A stretch of DNA of 63,319 nucleotides, counting the filler, from assembly GCA_964501035.1 (NCBI GenBank). It is 3 parts of 3 records of this genome, joined end to end, with 100 filler letters (N's around TTAATTAATTAA, not from the genome) between each part and the next. Parts side by side here need not be neighbours in the genome. Positions count along the whole stretch, not along the records: positions 1 to 22,323 come from CAZCRK010000021.1; positions 22,424 to 43,625 come from CAZCRK010000022.1; 1 more part is not named here. One strand, given 5' to 3'. The notes under the pieces are model-generated. The model was given only the letters and a program-made list of their open reading frames with translations, was not told the DNA's origin and did not search any database. Numbering within the stretch: the stretch's first letter is position 1; every line of letters starts with the position of its first letter. Below, piece by piece: positions 22,201 to 31,076 of the stretch. The translations under genes were made by a program, and so were the position numbers.

Positions 22201-22323
22201 TGGGACTTCTGCATTAGATGATTGTGGTGTTTGTGAAGGTGGCAATGCAGACATGGATGAATGTGGAATTTGTTTTGGATCTGGTTACGTTGATAATTGT
22301 GGTGTGTGTGATGATGATGCTTC
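19217..22323 (+). CDS. Large secreted acidic Cys-rich modular surface protein (cohesin-like domains, tandem 133-aa repeats, lamin-tail-like domain, DECGVC repeats); 3' truncated
   Basis: AGGAGG RBS, signal peptide, two GGFQF domains, IVINEF...DYVELYN...DISGW, many DECGVCxG repeats; ends at gap. Confidence 0.85.
19832..20620 (+). repeat. Intragenic tandem duplication, 399-nt (133-aa) period
   Basis: YFDVNLPNTGESSLIVFES at 19832 versus HFNVDLPITGESSLIVFES at 20231. Confidence 0.9.
22052..22323 (+). repeat. Intragenic Cys-rich tandem repeat, 159-nt (53-aa) period, running into the gap
   Basis: LDDC.VC.GGNADMDECG.CFGSGY.DNCG.CDDDA at 22052 and 22211. Confidence 0.9.
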
Positions 22324-22423
22324 NNNNNNNNNNNNNNNNNNNNNNNNNNNNNNNNNNNNNNNNNNNNTTAATTAATTAANNNNNNNNNNNNNNNNNNNNN
22401 NNNNNNNNNNNNNNNNNNNNNNN
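22324..22423. other. Gap with artificial contig linker TTAATTAATTAA
   Basis: 44 N + TTAATTAATTAA (22368-22379) + 44 N. Confidence 0.97.
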
Positions 22424-22424
22424 A

Positions 22425-22697
22425 AAATCACAAACAATTAGACATCATCAAACATGTACGCATGATGTTCAAAAATTGATAACTTACTATATCAATAATA
22501 CAATGGCATTAAAGCTAGAAGATATTTTTTTTAGAAGAACAAATTTTTATAGATATTCGGTTGACAATGGGTTGACTAAAGTAAATGAGGTTGCGACAAT
22601 AATGGCCAATTTGTTAAATTGGAGCAAAAAAGAAACTAAAGATCAAATAGAAAACTACAAAAATAAAGTTAAAAAAATGAAGCTTGAAATAGAATAA
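22425..22697 (+). CDS. C-terminal fragment, probably FAD-dependent glycerol-3-phosphate dehydrogenase/oxidase
   Basis: Frame is open from the gap; MALKLEDIFFRRT...MANLLNWS resembles the GlpD C-terminal domain. Confidence 0.65.
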   Translation, partial: KSQTIRHHQTCTHDVQKLITYYINNTMALKLEDIFFRRTNFYRYSVDNGLTKVNEVATIMANLLNWSKKETKDQIENYKNKVKKMKLEIE

Positions 22698-22777
22698 AAT
22701 ATTTTATGTAAAATTGTGATATTTGTAAAATAGATGTGTAAATTTCATATCTATTTTATTTGAGAAAGGATGCACTT

Positions 22778-23341
22778 GTGGCGACTACAGCGGATATTAA
22801 AAACGGATTAATTATTGAAAGAAAAGGTAAACTTGTTAAAATTGTAGAATTTCAACATGTAAAACCTGGTAAAGGTCCGGCATTTGTTCGGTCAAAGTTA
22901 AAAAACATTCAAACTGGGCAAGTTGTTGAGGAAACTTTTAGAGCTGGAGAAAAAATTGAGATAATTAGAATAGAAGCACGTGATTTTAATTATCTATATA
23001 ATGATGGAGATTTTTATTATTTTATGGATAATGAAACATACGATCAGATTTCACTTTCAAAAATTCATGTAACTGATGTTGTGGACTTCTTAATAGAAAA
23101 CACACCTACTACAATAGCATTTAATGGTGAAAATCCTATTGAAGTCCGAATTCCGCCACATATGAATTTAACAATTACAAATACTGACCCTGGTGAGAAA
23201 GGTAATACCGCTCAAGGAGGAACTAAACCTGCAACATTAGAAACTGGCGTTGTAATTCAAGTTCCATTATTTATCCAAGAAGGCGAAAAAGTTCGAGTTG
23301 ACACTCGAGATAAACGGTATATTGAAAGAGTTAAGGATTAA
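22778..23341 (+). CDS. efp: Elongation factor P
   Basis: [28 protein letters not shown] start after AAAGGA. Confidence 0.97.
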   Translation: MATTADIKNGLIIERKGKLVKIVEFQHVKPGKGPAFVRSKLKNIQTGQVVEETFRAGEKIEIIRIEARDFNYLYNDGDFYYFMDNETYDQISLSKIHVTDVVDFLIENTPTTIAFNGENPIEVRIPPHMNLTITNTDPGEKGNTAQGGTKPATLETGVVIQVPLFIQEGEKVRVDTRDKRYIERVKD

Positions 23342-23343
23342 AT

Positions 23344-23853
23344 ATGTTGAAAGATAAAATTAAAACACTTATTGAGGTTATTGAAAACACTAGTATAAAT
23401 GAACTTGAAGTTTCTTCCTTTTGGGGTGCACAAAAAATAAGGTTGAAAAAAGCATTTGATAGGAATATAGAAACTCAAGTTATTGAAAAAACTGCTTCAA
23501 CAATTCAACCAACAGAAGTTAAACAAGAATTAACTCCAGAAGCAGCTAAACCTGTCAAGGAAAAACCCTCTACAAAGCCAGAACAGGAAAATGTTGAATC
23601 AAAAAAAGTTGAAGGTACAGAAATTATTGCTCCTTTAGTAGGCACGTTTTATGAATCACCAAAACCAGGATCGCCACCATTTGTAAAAGTAGGTGATAGA
23701 GTAGAAGTAGGTCAAGTAATTTGTATTATTGAAGCAATGAAAATATTCAATGAAATTGAAGCTGAAATTTCTGGTGAAATATTAGAGATTGGCATTTCGG
23801 ATGGATCACCTGTTGAATATGGACAACCTTTAATGATTATCAAAGAAAAGTAA
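23344..23853 (+). CDS. accB: Biotin carboxyl carrier protein
   Basis: [18 protein letters not shown]. Confidence 0.95.
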   Translation: MLKDKIKTLIEVIENTSINELEVSSFWGAQKIRLKKAFDRNIETQVIEKTASTIQPTEVKQELTPEAAKPVKEKPSTKPEQENVESKKVEGTEIIAPLVGTFYESPKPGSPPFVKVGDRVEVGQVICIIEAMKIFNEIEAEISGEILEIGISDGSPVEYGQPLMIIKEK

Positions 23854-23855
23854 CA

Positions 23856-25211
23856 ATGTATAAGAAAATACTTATTGCAAATCGAGGTGAAATTGCACTT
23901 CGAATAATTAGAGCATGTAGGGAACTTGGAATAAAAACAGTTGCAGTATATTCAAGTGTAGATGAGTTATCTCTTCATATGAAATTTGCAGATGAGGCAA
24001 TCTGTATAGGTCCTCCCCAAAGTAATAAAAGCTATTTAAATATTCCTGCAATTATTGCAGCAGCTGAACTAACTAATGCTGATGCTATTCATCCCGGTTA
24101 TGGGTTTTTAGCTGAAAGTTCTGAGTTTTCGGCTATTTGTAATGAACACGATATTGGGTTTATAGGGCCTCCACCAGAAACAATAGAAGCAATGGGAAAC
24201 AAATCCCAAGCCAAAAAGACAATGCAATCAGTTGGTGTACCAGTAGTTCCTGGCTCAGATGGTTTATTAGAGTCAGTTGAGCATGCTTTAGAAATTGCTA
24301 AAGAAGCTGGTTACCCTGTCATGCTTAAAGCAACTGCTGGCGGTGGTGGTAAAGGAATGCGCTTGGTTGAGTCTGAAGACCAACTTAAAAGTGCATATGA
24401 GTCAGCTGAAACTGAAGCAAAAGCTTCATTTAACAATGGAGATTTATATTTAGAAAAATTTATACAACAACCACGTCATATTGAAGTACAAATTTTAGCT
24501 GATCAATTCGGAAATACTTTTGCTTTAGGTGAACGAGAATGTTCCATCCAACGACGACATCAAAAATTAATTGAAGAATCTCCTTCTCCAGTTGTTACAC
24601 CAGATTTACGTCAAAAAATAATGAATGCTGCAATCAAAGGAGCTTCAGCGGTTAATTATTTAGGTGCTGGAACAATTGAGTTTCTGTTAGATATACATGG
24701 TGACTTTTATTTTATGGAAATGAATACACGAATTCAAGTAGAACATCCTGTAACTGAAATGGTAGTTGGGGCTGATTTGATAAAGCATCAAATTTTAGCC
24801 CATGCAGGAATTCCTTTGCCAGAATGGATGAAAACTATGCAGCTTCGTGGACATTCAATTGAGTGCAGAATAAATGCAGAAGACCCAAATTATAAGTTTA
24901 GACCTTCACCAGGCAAAATTACTAGCTTTCACATGCCAGGTGGAATGGGGGTTAGGGTAGATACCCATGCCTATGCTGGTTATTCTGTTCCACCAAACTA
25001 TGATTCTATGATAGCAAAACTGATAGTTCATGCTCCAACAAGAAAAGAAGCTATTCAGAGAATGATTGGAGCACTTGATGAATGCGTATTAGAAGGAATT
25101 CACACGGTTATTCCTTTTCAAAAGCAAATATTAGAAAATGAAGAGTTCCAAAAAGGTAATTTTAATACAAGTTTTTTAGAAACATTTAATTATGTAAAAG
25201 AAGAGAGATAA
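23856..25211 (+). CDS. accC: Biotin carboxylase
   Basis: [32 protein letters not shown]. Confidence 0.97.
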   Translation: MYKKILIANRGEIALRIIRACRELGIKTVAVYSSVDELSLHMKFADEAICIGPPQSNKSYLNIPAIIAAAELTNADAIHPGYGFLAESSEFSAICNEHDIGFIGPPPETIEAMGNKSQAKKTMQSVGVPVVPGSDGLLESVEHALEIAKEAGYPVMLKATAGGGGKGMRLVESEDQLKSAYESAETEAKASFNNGDLYLEKFIQQPRHIEVQILADQFGNTFALGERECSIQRRHQKLIEESPSPVVTPDLRQKIMNAAIKGASAVNYLGAGTIEFLLDIHGDFYFMEMNTRIQVEHPVTEMVVGADLIKHQILAHAGIPLPEWMKTMQLRGHSIECRINAEDPNYKFRPSPGKITSFHMPGGMGVRVDTHAYAGYSVPPNYDSMIAKLIVHAPTRKEAIQRMIGALDECVLEGIHTVIPFQKQILENEEFQKGNFNTSFLETFNYVKEER

Positions 25212-25214
25212 TTT

Positions 25215-25592
25215 ATGAAAATTCCAGATAATTTTAAATATTCAAAAGATCATGAGTGGGTAAAAATTGAAGATGGAGTTGCTACAATTGGCATCACAGA
25301 CTATGCTCAAAGCGAATTGGGTGATATCGTATTTGTTGAATTTCCAGAAATTGATAATACTATTGAGGTAAATGAGGTGTTTGGAACAGTTGAAGCAGTT
25401 AAAACTGTTGCAGATTTGTTTTCACCATCATCAGGCACAGTTATAGAAATAAATGAAGAATTAGAAGATGCACCAGAACTTATAAATTCTTCACCGTATG
25501 ATGAAGGATGGTTAATAAAGGTGAATATTACTAATGTATCCGAATTAACTGACTTAATGAATGCTAAAGAATATGAGGAACATATCTCATAG
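25215..25592 (+). CDS. gcvH: Glycine cleavage system H protein
   Basis: HEWV, GITDYAQSELGD, VEAVK lipoyl motif. Confidence 0.97.
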   Translation: MKIPDNFKYSKDHEWVKIEDGVATIGITDYAQSELGDIVFVEFPEIDNTIEVNEVFGTVEAVKTVADLFSPSSGTVIEINEELEDAPELINSSPYDEGWLIKVNITNVSELTDLMNAKEYEEHIS

Positions 25593-26920
25593 TGCAATAT
25601 ATACCATCAACTTCGAATCAAGAAAATGAACTTTTAAAACAAATAGGGATTTCTGATTTTGCTCAACTTATTAAAATTATACCTGAGAATATCAGACTTA
25701 AACATGATTTAAATTTAGAAAGTGCATTATCAGAATTTGAAGTACAAGAAAAATTAAATAGTTTAGCTTCTAAAAATAACTCCAATCAAGACTCAATTTC
25801 TTTTCTTGGAGGTGGTGTATACGACCACTATATACCTACTGTTATTGACTTTTTATCGAGTAGATCCGAGTTTTATACAGCATACACACCTTATCAGGCT
25901 GAAGTAAGTCAAGGAACATTGCAATATTTATATGAATTTCAATCAATGATCTGCGAACTTTCTGGAATGGATGTTGCTAATGCGTCCTTATATGATGGTG
26001 CGTCTGCAGTTGCAGAAGCTTGTTCTTTAGCAGTTTCAGCTTCAAGAAAGAAAATGGTTGCAATTTCTGAAACTCTAAATCCAAATTACAAAAGAGTTGT
26101 TACATCATATTTACAATGCCGAAACGTACAAATTATTGAAATTGATTCTGTTAACGGTGAAACTAATTGTGAATTAATTAACCAATATGTAAGTGAGATG
26201 GCATGTGTTGTAATTCAATCACCAAACTATTATGGACTCATCGAAAATTGGTCCAAAACAAAAGAAATCATTCAAGATAGTAAAGCATTATTAATTGCAG
26301 TTAGTGATCCAACTACATTACCAATATTAGAATCACCGAGAAATTGTGGAGCTGACATTTATGTAGGTGAAGGGCAAACGCTTGGTAATCCAGTTTCATA
26401 TGGAGGACCCTACTTAGGTTTGATGGCTGTCACTAAAAAATTGATGCGGAAAATGCCTGGTAGAATTATTGGAAAGACAAATGATAAAAATGGTAAATCT
26501 GGATTTGTGCTTACTTTGCAAACAAGAGAACAACATATTCGACGAGAAAATGCAACTTCAAATATATGTACAAACCAAGGTCTTATGGCCCTACGTGCTA
26601 CTATTTATTTAAGTATAATGGGGAAAACCGGTTTGCCAACATTAGCTCAAATTTGCTATGAAAAAGCGCACTATTTAGCTGATGGTTTGTTAAAGTTAAA
26701 AGGCTATTCATTACCCTATGGAAGAAATTTTCTAAAAGAGTTTGTTATTAAAACACCAATTTCCGCTAAGAAAATTAAAAATGAAGCATTAAAAAATGGG
26801 TTATTGTTAAACACACCTGAACATGATTTAACTGACTCTCTTTTATTAATTGCTGTAACAGAAAAAAGAACTAAAAATGAATTAGATAATTTGATAACCG
26901 AACTTAAAAAATATTCATGA
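25592..26920 (+). CDS. gcvPA: Glycine dehydrogenase subunit 1
   Basis: TAYTPYQAEVSQG, NASLYDG, TREQHIRRENATSNICTNQ. Confidence 0.95.
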   Translation: MQYIPSTSNQENELLKQIGISDFAQLIKIIPENIRLKHDLNLESALSEFEVQEKLNSLASKNNSNQDSISFLGGGVYDHYIPTVIDFLSSRSEFYTAYTPYQAEVSQGTLQYLYEFQSMICELSGMDVANASLYDGASAVAEACSLAVSASRKKMVAISETLNPNYKRVVTSYLQCRNVQIIEIDSVNGETNCELINQYVSEMACVVIQSPNYYGLIENWSKTKEIIQDSKALLIAVSDPTTLPILESPRNCGADIYVGEGQTLGNPVSYGGPYLGLMAVTKKLMRKMPGRIIGKTNDKNGKSGFVLTLQTREQHIRRENATSNICTNQGLMALRATIYLSIMGKTGLPTLAQICYEKAHYLADGLLKLKGYSLPYGRNFLKEFVIKTPISAKKIKNEALKNGLLLNTPEHDLTDSLLLIAVTEKRTKNELDNLITELKKYS

Positions 26921-27660
26921 GCATATTCGATACTTTAGAAAAAATTCGTTTAAAAAGGGGTGCAGTATGCTTAGCACTGTTAGACCCTGATACTAAAAAT
27001 GATGATATTTTTCTACAAAATATTAATACAATCAATAAATCTGATTTTGATGCAATACTTGTTGGTGGTAGCTTAATTATGGATAATGAGTTTAATCAAC
27101 GGGTTAAATTGGTTAAATCCCAAACAAATTTACCAGTAATTATTTTTCCAGGTTCATCCAAACAAATATCGACCCATGCTGATGCTATTTTATATTTATC
27201 ATTAATTAGCGGCAGAAATCCACAATATTTGATTGGAGAACATATAGAATCCGCGCCTGTAATTTATAATATTGGATTGGAAACTATACCAACTGGCTAT
27301 ATTTTACTAGATGGTGGAAAACGTTCATCCGTCGAGATAATTAGCAATACAACTCCACTTCCAATGGAAAAAAAGGACATTATATTAGCAACTGCTTTAG
27401 CTGGTCAATATTTAGGTAATAAATTAATTTTTTTGGAATCGGGGAGTGGTGCAGAAAATCATGCTCAAATTTCGTTGATTCAACATCTTTCTCAGATTAT
27501 TTCTATTCCAATTATGGTTGGTGGAGGAATTCAAAATTCAACTTCAGCTAAAGCAGTTAAAGATGCTGGAGCTGGTTATGTGGTTGTAGGTACAATGATA
27601 GAAAATGGTGCTAGCTCACAGGAATTGATAAACTTAACAAAAGTTGTACATTCACAATGA
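26917..27660 (+). CDS. Geranylgeranylglyceryl-phosphate synthase family protein (group II-like)
   Basis: LLDPD, ILVGGS, IFPG, SLISGRNPQYLIG, GYILLDGG, FLESGSG, VGGGI, VVVGT. Confidence 0.88.
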   Translation: MSIFDTLEKIRLKRGAVCLALLDPDTKNDDIFLQNINTINKSDFDAILVGGSLIMDNEFNQRVKLVKSQTNLPVIIFPGSSKQISTHADAILYLSLISGRNPQYLIGEHIESAPVIYNIGLETIPTGYILLDGGKRSSVEIISNTTPLPMEKKDIILATALAGQYLGNKLIFLESGSGAENHAQISLIQHLSQIISIPIMVGGGIQNSTSAKAVKDAGAGYVVVGTMIENGASSQELINLTKVVHSQ

Positions 27661-28622
27661 GTTCCAAATCAATTAAACAGAATTTAGAAAAAGAATTTAA
27701 TCCCTTACATGCTGAAGTTAAGAAATATTTAATATATTTACAATTTGACAAACAGTTATCTTCGAATACTATTTCAGCATATTGGAACGATTTAGAACAT
27801 TACACCAATTATTTGTTTTTTAATTTGCAAGTGAAAAAATATAATGTTATTTCTTTACAACAACTTAGAAATTATATTAAAACTTTAAAATATATTCCTA
27901 AAGGTGAAAAAAATAATGTTCAAATGAAATCCACATCAATCAATCGTATATTTTCGTCTATTAGAGGATTTCATCATTATTTAATTGATGAAGGTCTATC
28001 AACTAAAGATCCCACAATTTTGTTAAAGGCACCAAAACTACCTAAAAAAATTCCAGAAATATTAGAAGTAGAAGAAATTGTATCTCTTATAAATACAATA
28101 GATACTTCTCTAAAACTCGGATTTCGAGACAAAGCGATCCTTTCTACTCTATACTCAACTGGATTAAGAGTTTCTGAATTAGTAAATTTATCCTTAGTTA
28201 ACATACTCTTTAATGAAGATATTATTCGTGTTATTGGAAAAGGTAATAAAGAGAGAATTGTACCACTTGGTAAAATCGCATTGAATGATATTAAAAATTA
28301 TGTATACAATTTAAGACCCAAGCTAGCGAAAAAAGGAAACTCGAAGGGTTTTGTATTTTTAAATGCAAGAGGTGGTCAACTAACAAGAATGTCGATTTGG
28401 AATATTATTCAGAAAGCAAAATTAAATTCTGGACTACATAAACAAGTTACTCCTCACACATTCAGACATAGTTTTGCTACGCATTTGTTACATGGTGGAG
28501 CAGATTTAAGAGTTGTTCAAGAACTACTAGGTCATTCAGATATTACCACAACTCAAATTTATTCACATTTAGATAAAACATATTTAAAAGAAGTTCATAA
28601 AGAACATCACCCAAGGGGTTAA
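27657..28622 (+). CDS. xerD: Tyrosine recombinase XerD
   Basis: LYSTGLRVSEL, GKGNKER, PHTFRHSFATHLL, LLGH, TTQIY, HHPRG. Confidence 0.9.
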   Translation: MSSKSIKQNLEKEFNPLHAEVKKYLIYLQFDKQLSSNTISAYWNDLEHYTNYLFFNLQVKKYNVISLQQLRNYIKTLKYIPKGEKNNVQMKSTSINRIFSSIRGFHHYLIDEGLSTKDPTILLKAPKLPKKIPEILEVEEIVSLINTIDTSLKLGFRDKAILSTLYSTGLRVSELVNLSLVNILFNEDIIRVIGKGNKERIVPLGKIALNDIKNYVYNLRPKLAKKGNSKGFVFLNARGGQLTRMSIWNIIQKAKLNSGLHKQVTPHTFRHSFATHLLHGGADLRVVQELLGHSDITTTQIYSHLDKTYLKEVHKEHHPRG

Positions 28623-28624
28623 GA

Positions 28625-29260
28625 ATGTTATTTAGACTACCCGCAGAAGTATTAGTTATTTTAATTCCAATCTTATTATTTTCATTATGTTTTCACGAGT
28701 TTTCACATGCGTACATGGCATATAAATTGGGCGACCATACAGCAAAATATCAAGGAAGATTAACACTCAATCCTATAGCTCACTTAGACCCAGTTGGTGC
28801 TTTGATGATATTGTTTGTAGGATTTGGATGGGCTAAGCCTGTACCTGTTTCTCCAGTTAATTTTAAAAATCCACGTTTAGATATGATGAAAGTAGCTTTT
28901 GCTGGTCCTGCTTCCAATTTAGTTTTAGCATTTGTGGCTGGGCTTGGAATTAGATTTTTAAATACATTACATCTACCAATTAGTGAGTCCTTTTCGTTAA
29001 TCATTTATTTTGTTGCATATATAAATATAGCTTTAGCAATGTTTAATTTGATACCAGTTGCTCCATTAGATGGCTCACAAATATTTGGTGGATTTATTTC
29101 AAAAAACAACCCAGAACTTGCATGGAAAATGCAAATGTATGGCCCTAAAGTTTTATTGGGAATAATCTTAATTGGTTATTTAACTCCGTTTTCATTAATT
29201 GGTACAGTATTACATCCACTAATTTCAATATTTATGTACATATTTGCAGGAATACAATGA
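28625..29260 (+). CDS. Site-2 protease (M50 family)
   Basis: HEFSH, GRLTLNP, AGP, FNLIPVAPLDG. Confidence 0.93.
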   Translation: MLFRLPAEVLVILIPILLFSLCFHEFSHAYMAYKLGDHTAKYQGRLTLNPIAHLDPVGALMILFVGFGWAKPVPVSPVNFKNPRLDMMKVAFAGPASNLVLAFVAGLGIRFLNTLHLPISESFSLIIYFVAYINIALAMFNLIPVAPLDGSQIFGGFISKNNPELAWKMQMYGPKVLLGIILIGYLTPFSLIGTVLHPLISIFMYIFAGIQ

Positions 29261-29391
29261 AAATTAGTAAAAGACCATTTGAATCATTACGTCATCAAAG
29301 TTGGAGGAAAACTCTAACTGTTAAAAATTTATTTAAAAATCTAGTTTTACTTGTCCTTATCGTATATTTAATAGTCAGATTTTATAATTAG
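29257..29391 (+). CDS. Putative 44-aa small membrane protein (not in ORF track)
   Basis: MKISKRPFESLRHQSWRKTLTVKNLFKNLVLLVLIVYLIVRFYN; ATGA overlap with upstream gene; ends 8 nt before the next start. Confidence 0.6.
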   Translation: MKISKRPFESLRHQSWRKTLTVKNLFKNLVLLVLIVYLIVRFYN

Positions 29392-29399
29392 AGGTTTAT

Positions 29400-31076
29400 A
29401 TGAAACTTGTTGAATGTGTACCAAACTTTAGTGAAGGTAAAAATATAGAAATTATCAAAGAAATAACTACTGCAATAGAATCAGTTTCTGGGATTCATTT
29501 GTTAGATGTTGATCCAGGGGGAGATACCAATCGAACAGTGGTTACCTTTGTAGGTGAACCAAACAATGTAGTGAAAGCTGCTTTTCTAGGTATACAAAAA
29601 GCAGCAGAATTGATAAATATGCAAGAACATACTGGTGCACATGCACGAATGGGTGCAACTGATGTATGTCCATTTGTACCAGTATCTAATATTACAATGG
29701 AAGAATGTGCTCAGTTATCACATGAATTAGCAAAACAAGTAGGTGATGAATTGGGGATTTCTGTGTATATGTATGAAAACTCTGCAACAAATCCAAATCG
29801 TGTAAACTTAGCAAATATTAGAGCAGGTGAATACGAAGGAATGGAAACTAAGTTGCAAAATATTGAATGGAATCCAGATTATGGGCCAACTAGATTGAAT
29901 AAATCTGCTGGTGTAACTGCTATTGGTGCACGAGAATTTTTGGTTGCTTATAATATAAACTTAAATACTAAGCATAAAAAAATTGCAACTGATATTGCAC
30001 TTGATATTAGAGAAGCTGGAAGAGCTAAAAGGGATGCAAATAAAAAAATTATCAGAGATAAAGAGGGTGCTATCGTTAAGGTTCCTGGTAGTTTGAAATC
30101 AACAAAAGCTGTAGGTTGGTTTATTGATGAGTATAATGTGGCTCAAGTATCCATGAATTTAACTAATTTCAATATTACTGCTCCCCATGAAGCCTTTGAG
30201 GAAGTTCGTCAACAAGCACGGAAAAGAGGTGTTCGTGTGACGGGGAGTGAATTAGTGGGGCTTATACCATTGCAAGCAATGTTAAATGCTGGAAAATTTT
30301 ATTTATTGAAACAAAATAGGTCAACAGGTATACCTGAGAGTGAAATCATTCACATTGCTATAAAATCCATGGGGTTAGATGAAATTGCAGAATTTGACCC
30401 TGCAGAGAAAATTGTAGAATATCGAGTCGCTAAAAAGTATGGAGAGCTTGCTCATTTAAAGTTAACTGAGTTTAACGATGAACTATCTTCTGAAAGTCCA
30501 GCACCTGGTGGAGGAAGTGTAAGCGCATTAGCAGGGGCTTTAGGTGCAAGTCTTTCTGCAATGGTAGGGAATCTAACTATTGGAAAAAAAGGATTTGAGA
30601 CTGAGTTTTCTGCAATGAATGAATTAGCTGTAAAAGGTCAAAAGTTAAAAGAATCTTTATTACAGTTAATTGATAAAGATACAGACTCCTTTAATAATAT
30701 TTTACAAGCAATGCGACATCCGAAAAAAACAGAATCGCAAAAAATTGAAAGAAATGGCCTTATTCAAGAAGCAACAAAAGAAGCAACTTTAGTACCATTT
30801 GAAGTAGTTCAAAAATGTGTTGAAGTAATAGATATTGCTATTATTGCTGCCTCAAAAGGCAATCCAAACTCTATTTCTGACGCTGGGGTCGCAGGTGAAA
30901 TTGCTTCTGCAGGTACTAGAGGTGCTGGATTGAATGTTAAAATAAACACCTCAGACATTACTGATGATGCATTTGTGAAAAAAATACTTAATGAAACAGA
31001 TGATTATATTCAAAAAGCTGAACAAAAATTATTAACATTGCGTAACATTGTCGAAACAAAATTGAACAATGGCTAA
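29400..31076 (+). CDS. ftcD: Bifunctional glutamate formimidoyltransferase/cyclodeaminase
   Basis: VECVPNFSEG, HARMGATDVCPF, QVSMNL, PAPGGGS. Confidence 0.93.
   Translation: MKLVECVPNFSEGKNIEIIKEITTAIESVSGIHLLDVDPGGDTNRTVVTFVGEPNNVVKAAFLGIQKAAELINMQEHTGAHARMGATDVCPFVPVSNITMEECAQLSHELAKQVGDELGISVYMYENSATNPNRVNLANIRAGEYEGMETKLQNIEWNPDYGPTRLNKSAGVTAIGAREFLVAYNINLNTKHKKIATDIALDIREAGRAKRDANKKIIRDKEGAIVKVPGSLKSTKAVGWFIDEYNVAQVSMNLTNFNITAPHEAFEEVRQQARKRGVRVTGSELVGLIPLQAMLNAGKFYLLKQNRSTGIPESEIIHIAIKSMGLDEIAEFDPAEKIVEYRVAKKYGELAHLKLTEFNDELSSESPAPGGGSVSALAGALGASLSAMVGNLTIGKKGFETEFSAMNELAVKGQKLKESLLQLIDKDTDSFNNILQAMRHPKKTESQKIERNGLIQEATKEATLVPFEVVQKCVEVIDIAIIAASKGNPNSISDAGVAGEIASAGTRGAGLNVKINTSDITDDAFVKKILNETDDYIQKAEQKLLTLRNIVETKLNNG

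Noticed and set aside
21180..22323. CRISPR-like or DGR-like repeats
   Set aside because: Repeats are in frame, differ largely at synonymous positions and encode Cys-rich modules; no spacers, cas genes or reverse transcriptase.
22368..22379. TTAATTAATTAA palindrome here and at 43670-43681
   Set aside because: Centred in N runs and has stops in all six frames: an artificial contig-joining linker. Synteny across it is unreliable.
27657..28622. Tyrosine recombinase as a sign of a prophage or island
   Set aside because: Motifs match chromosomal XerD, it sits in a housekeeping operon, and no att repeats or phage genes are nearby.
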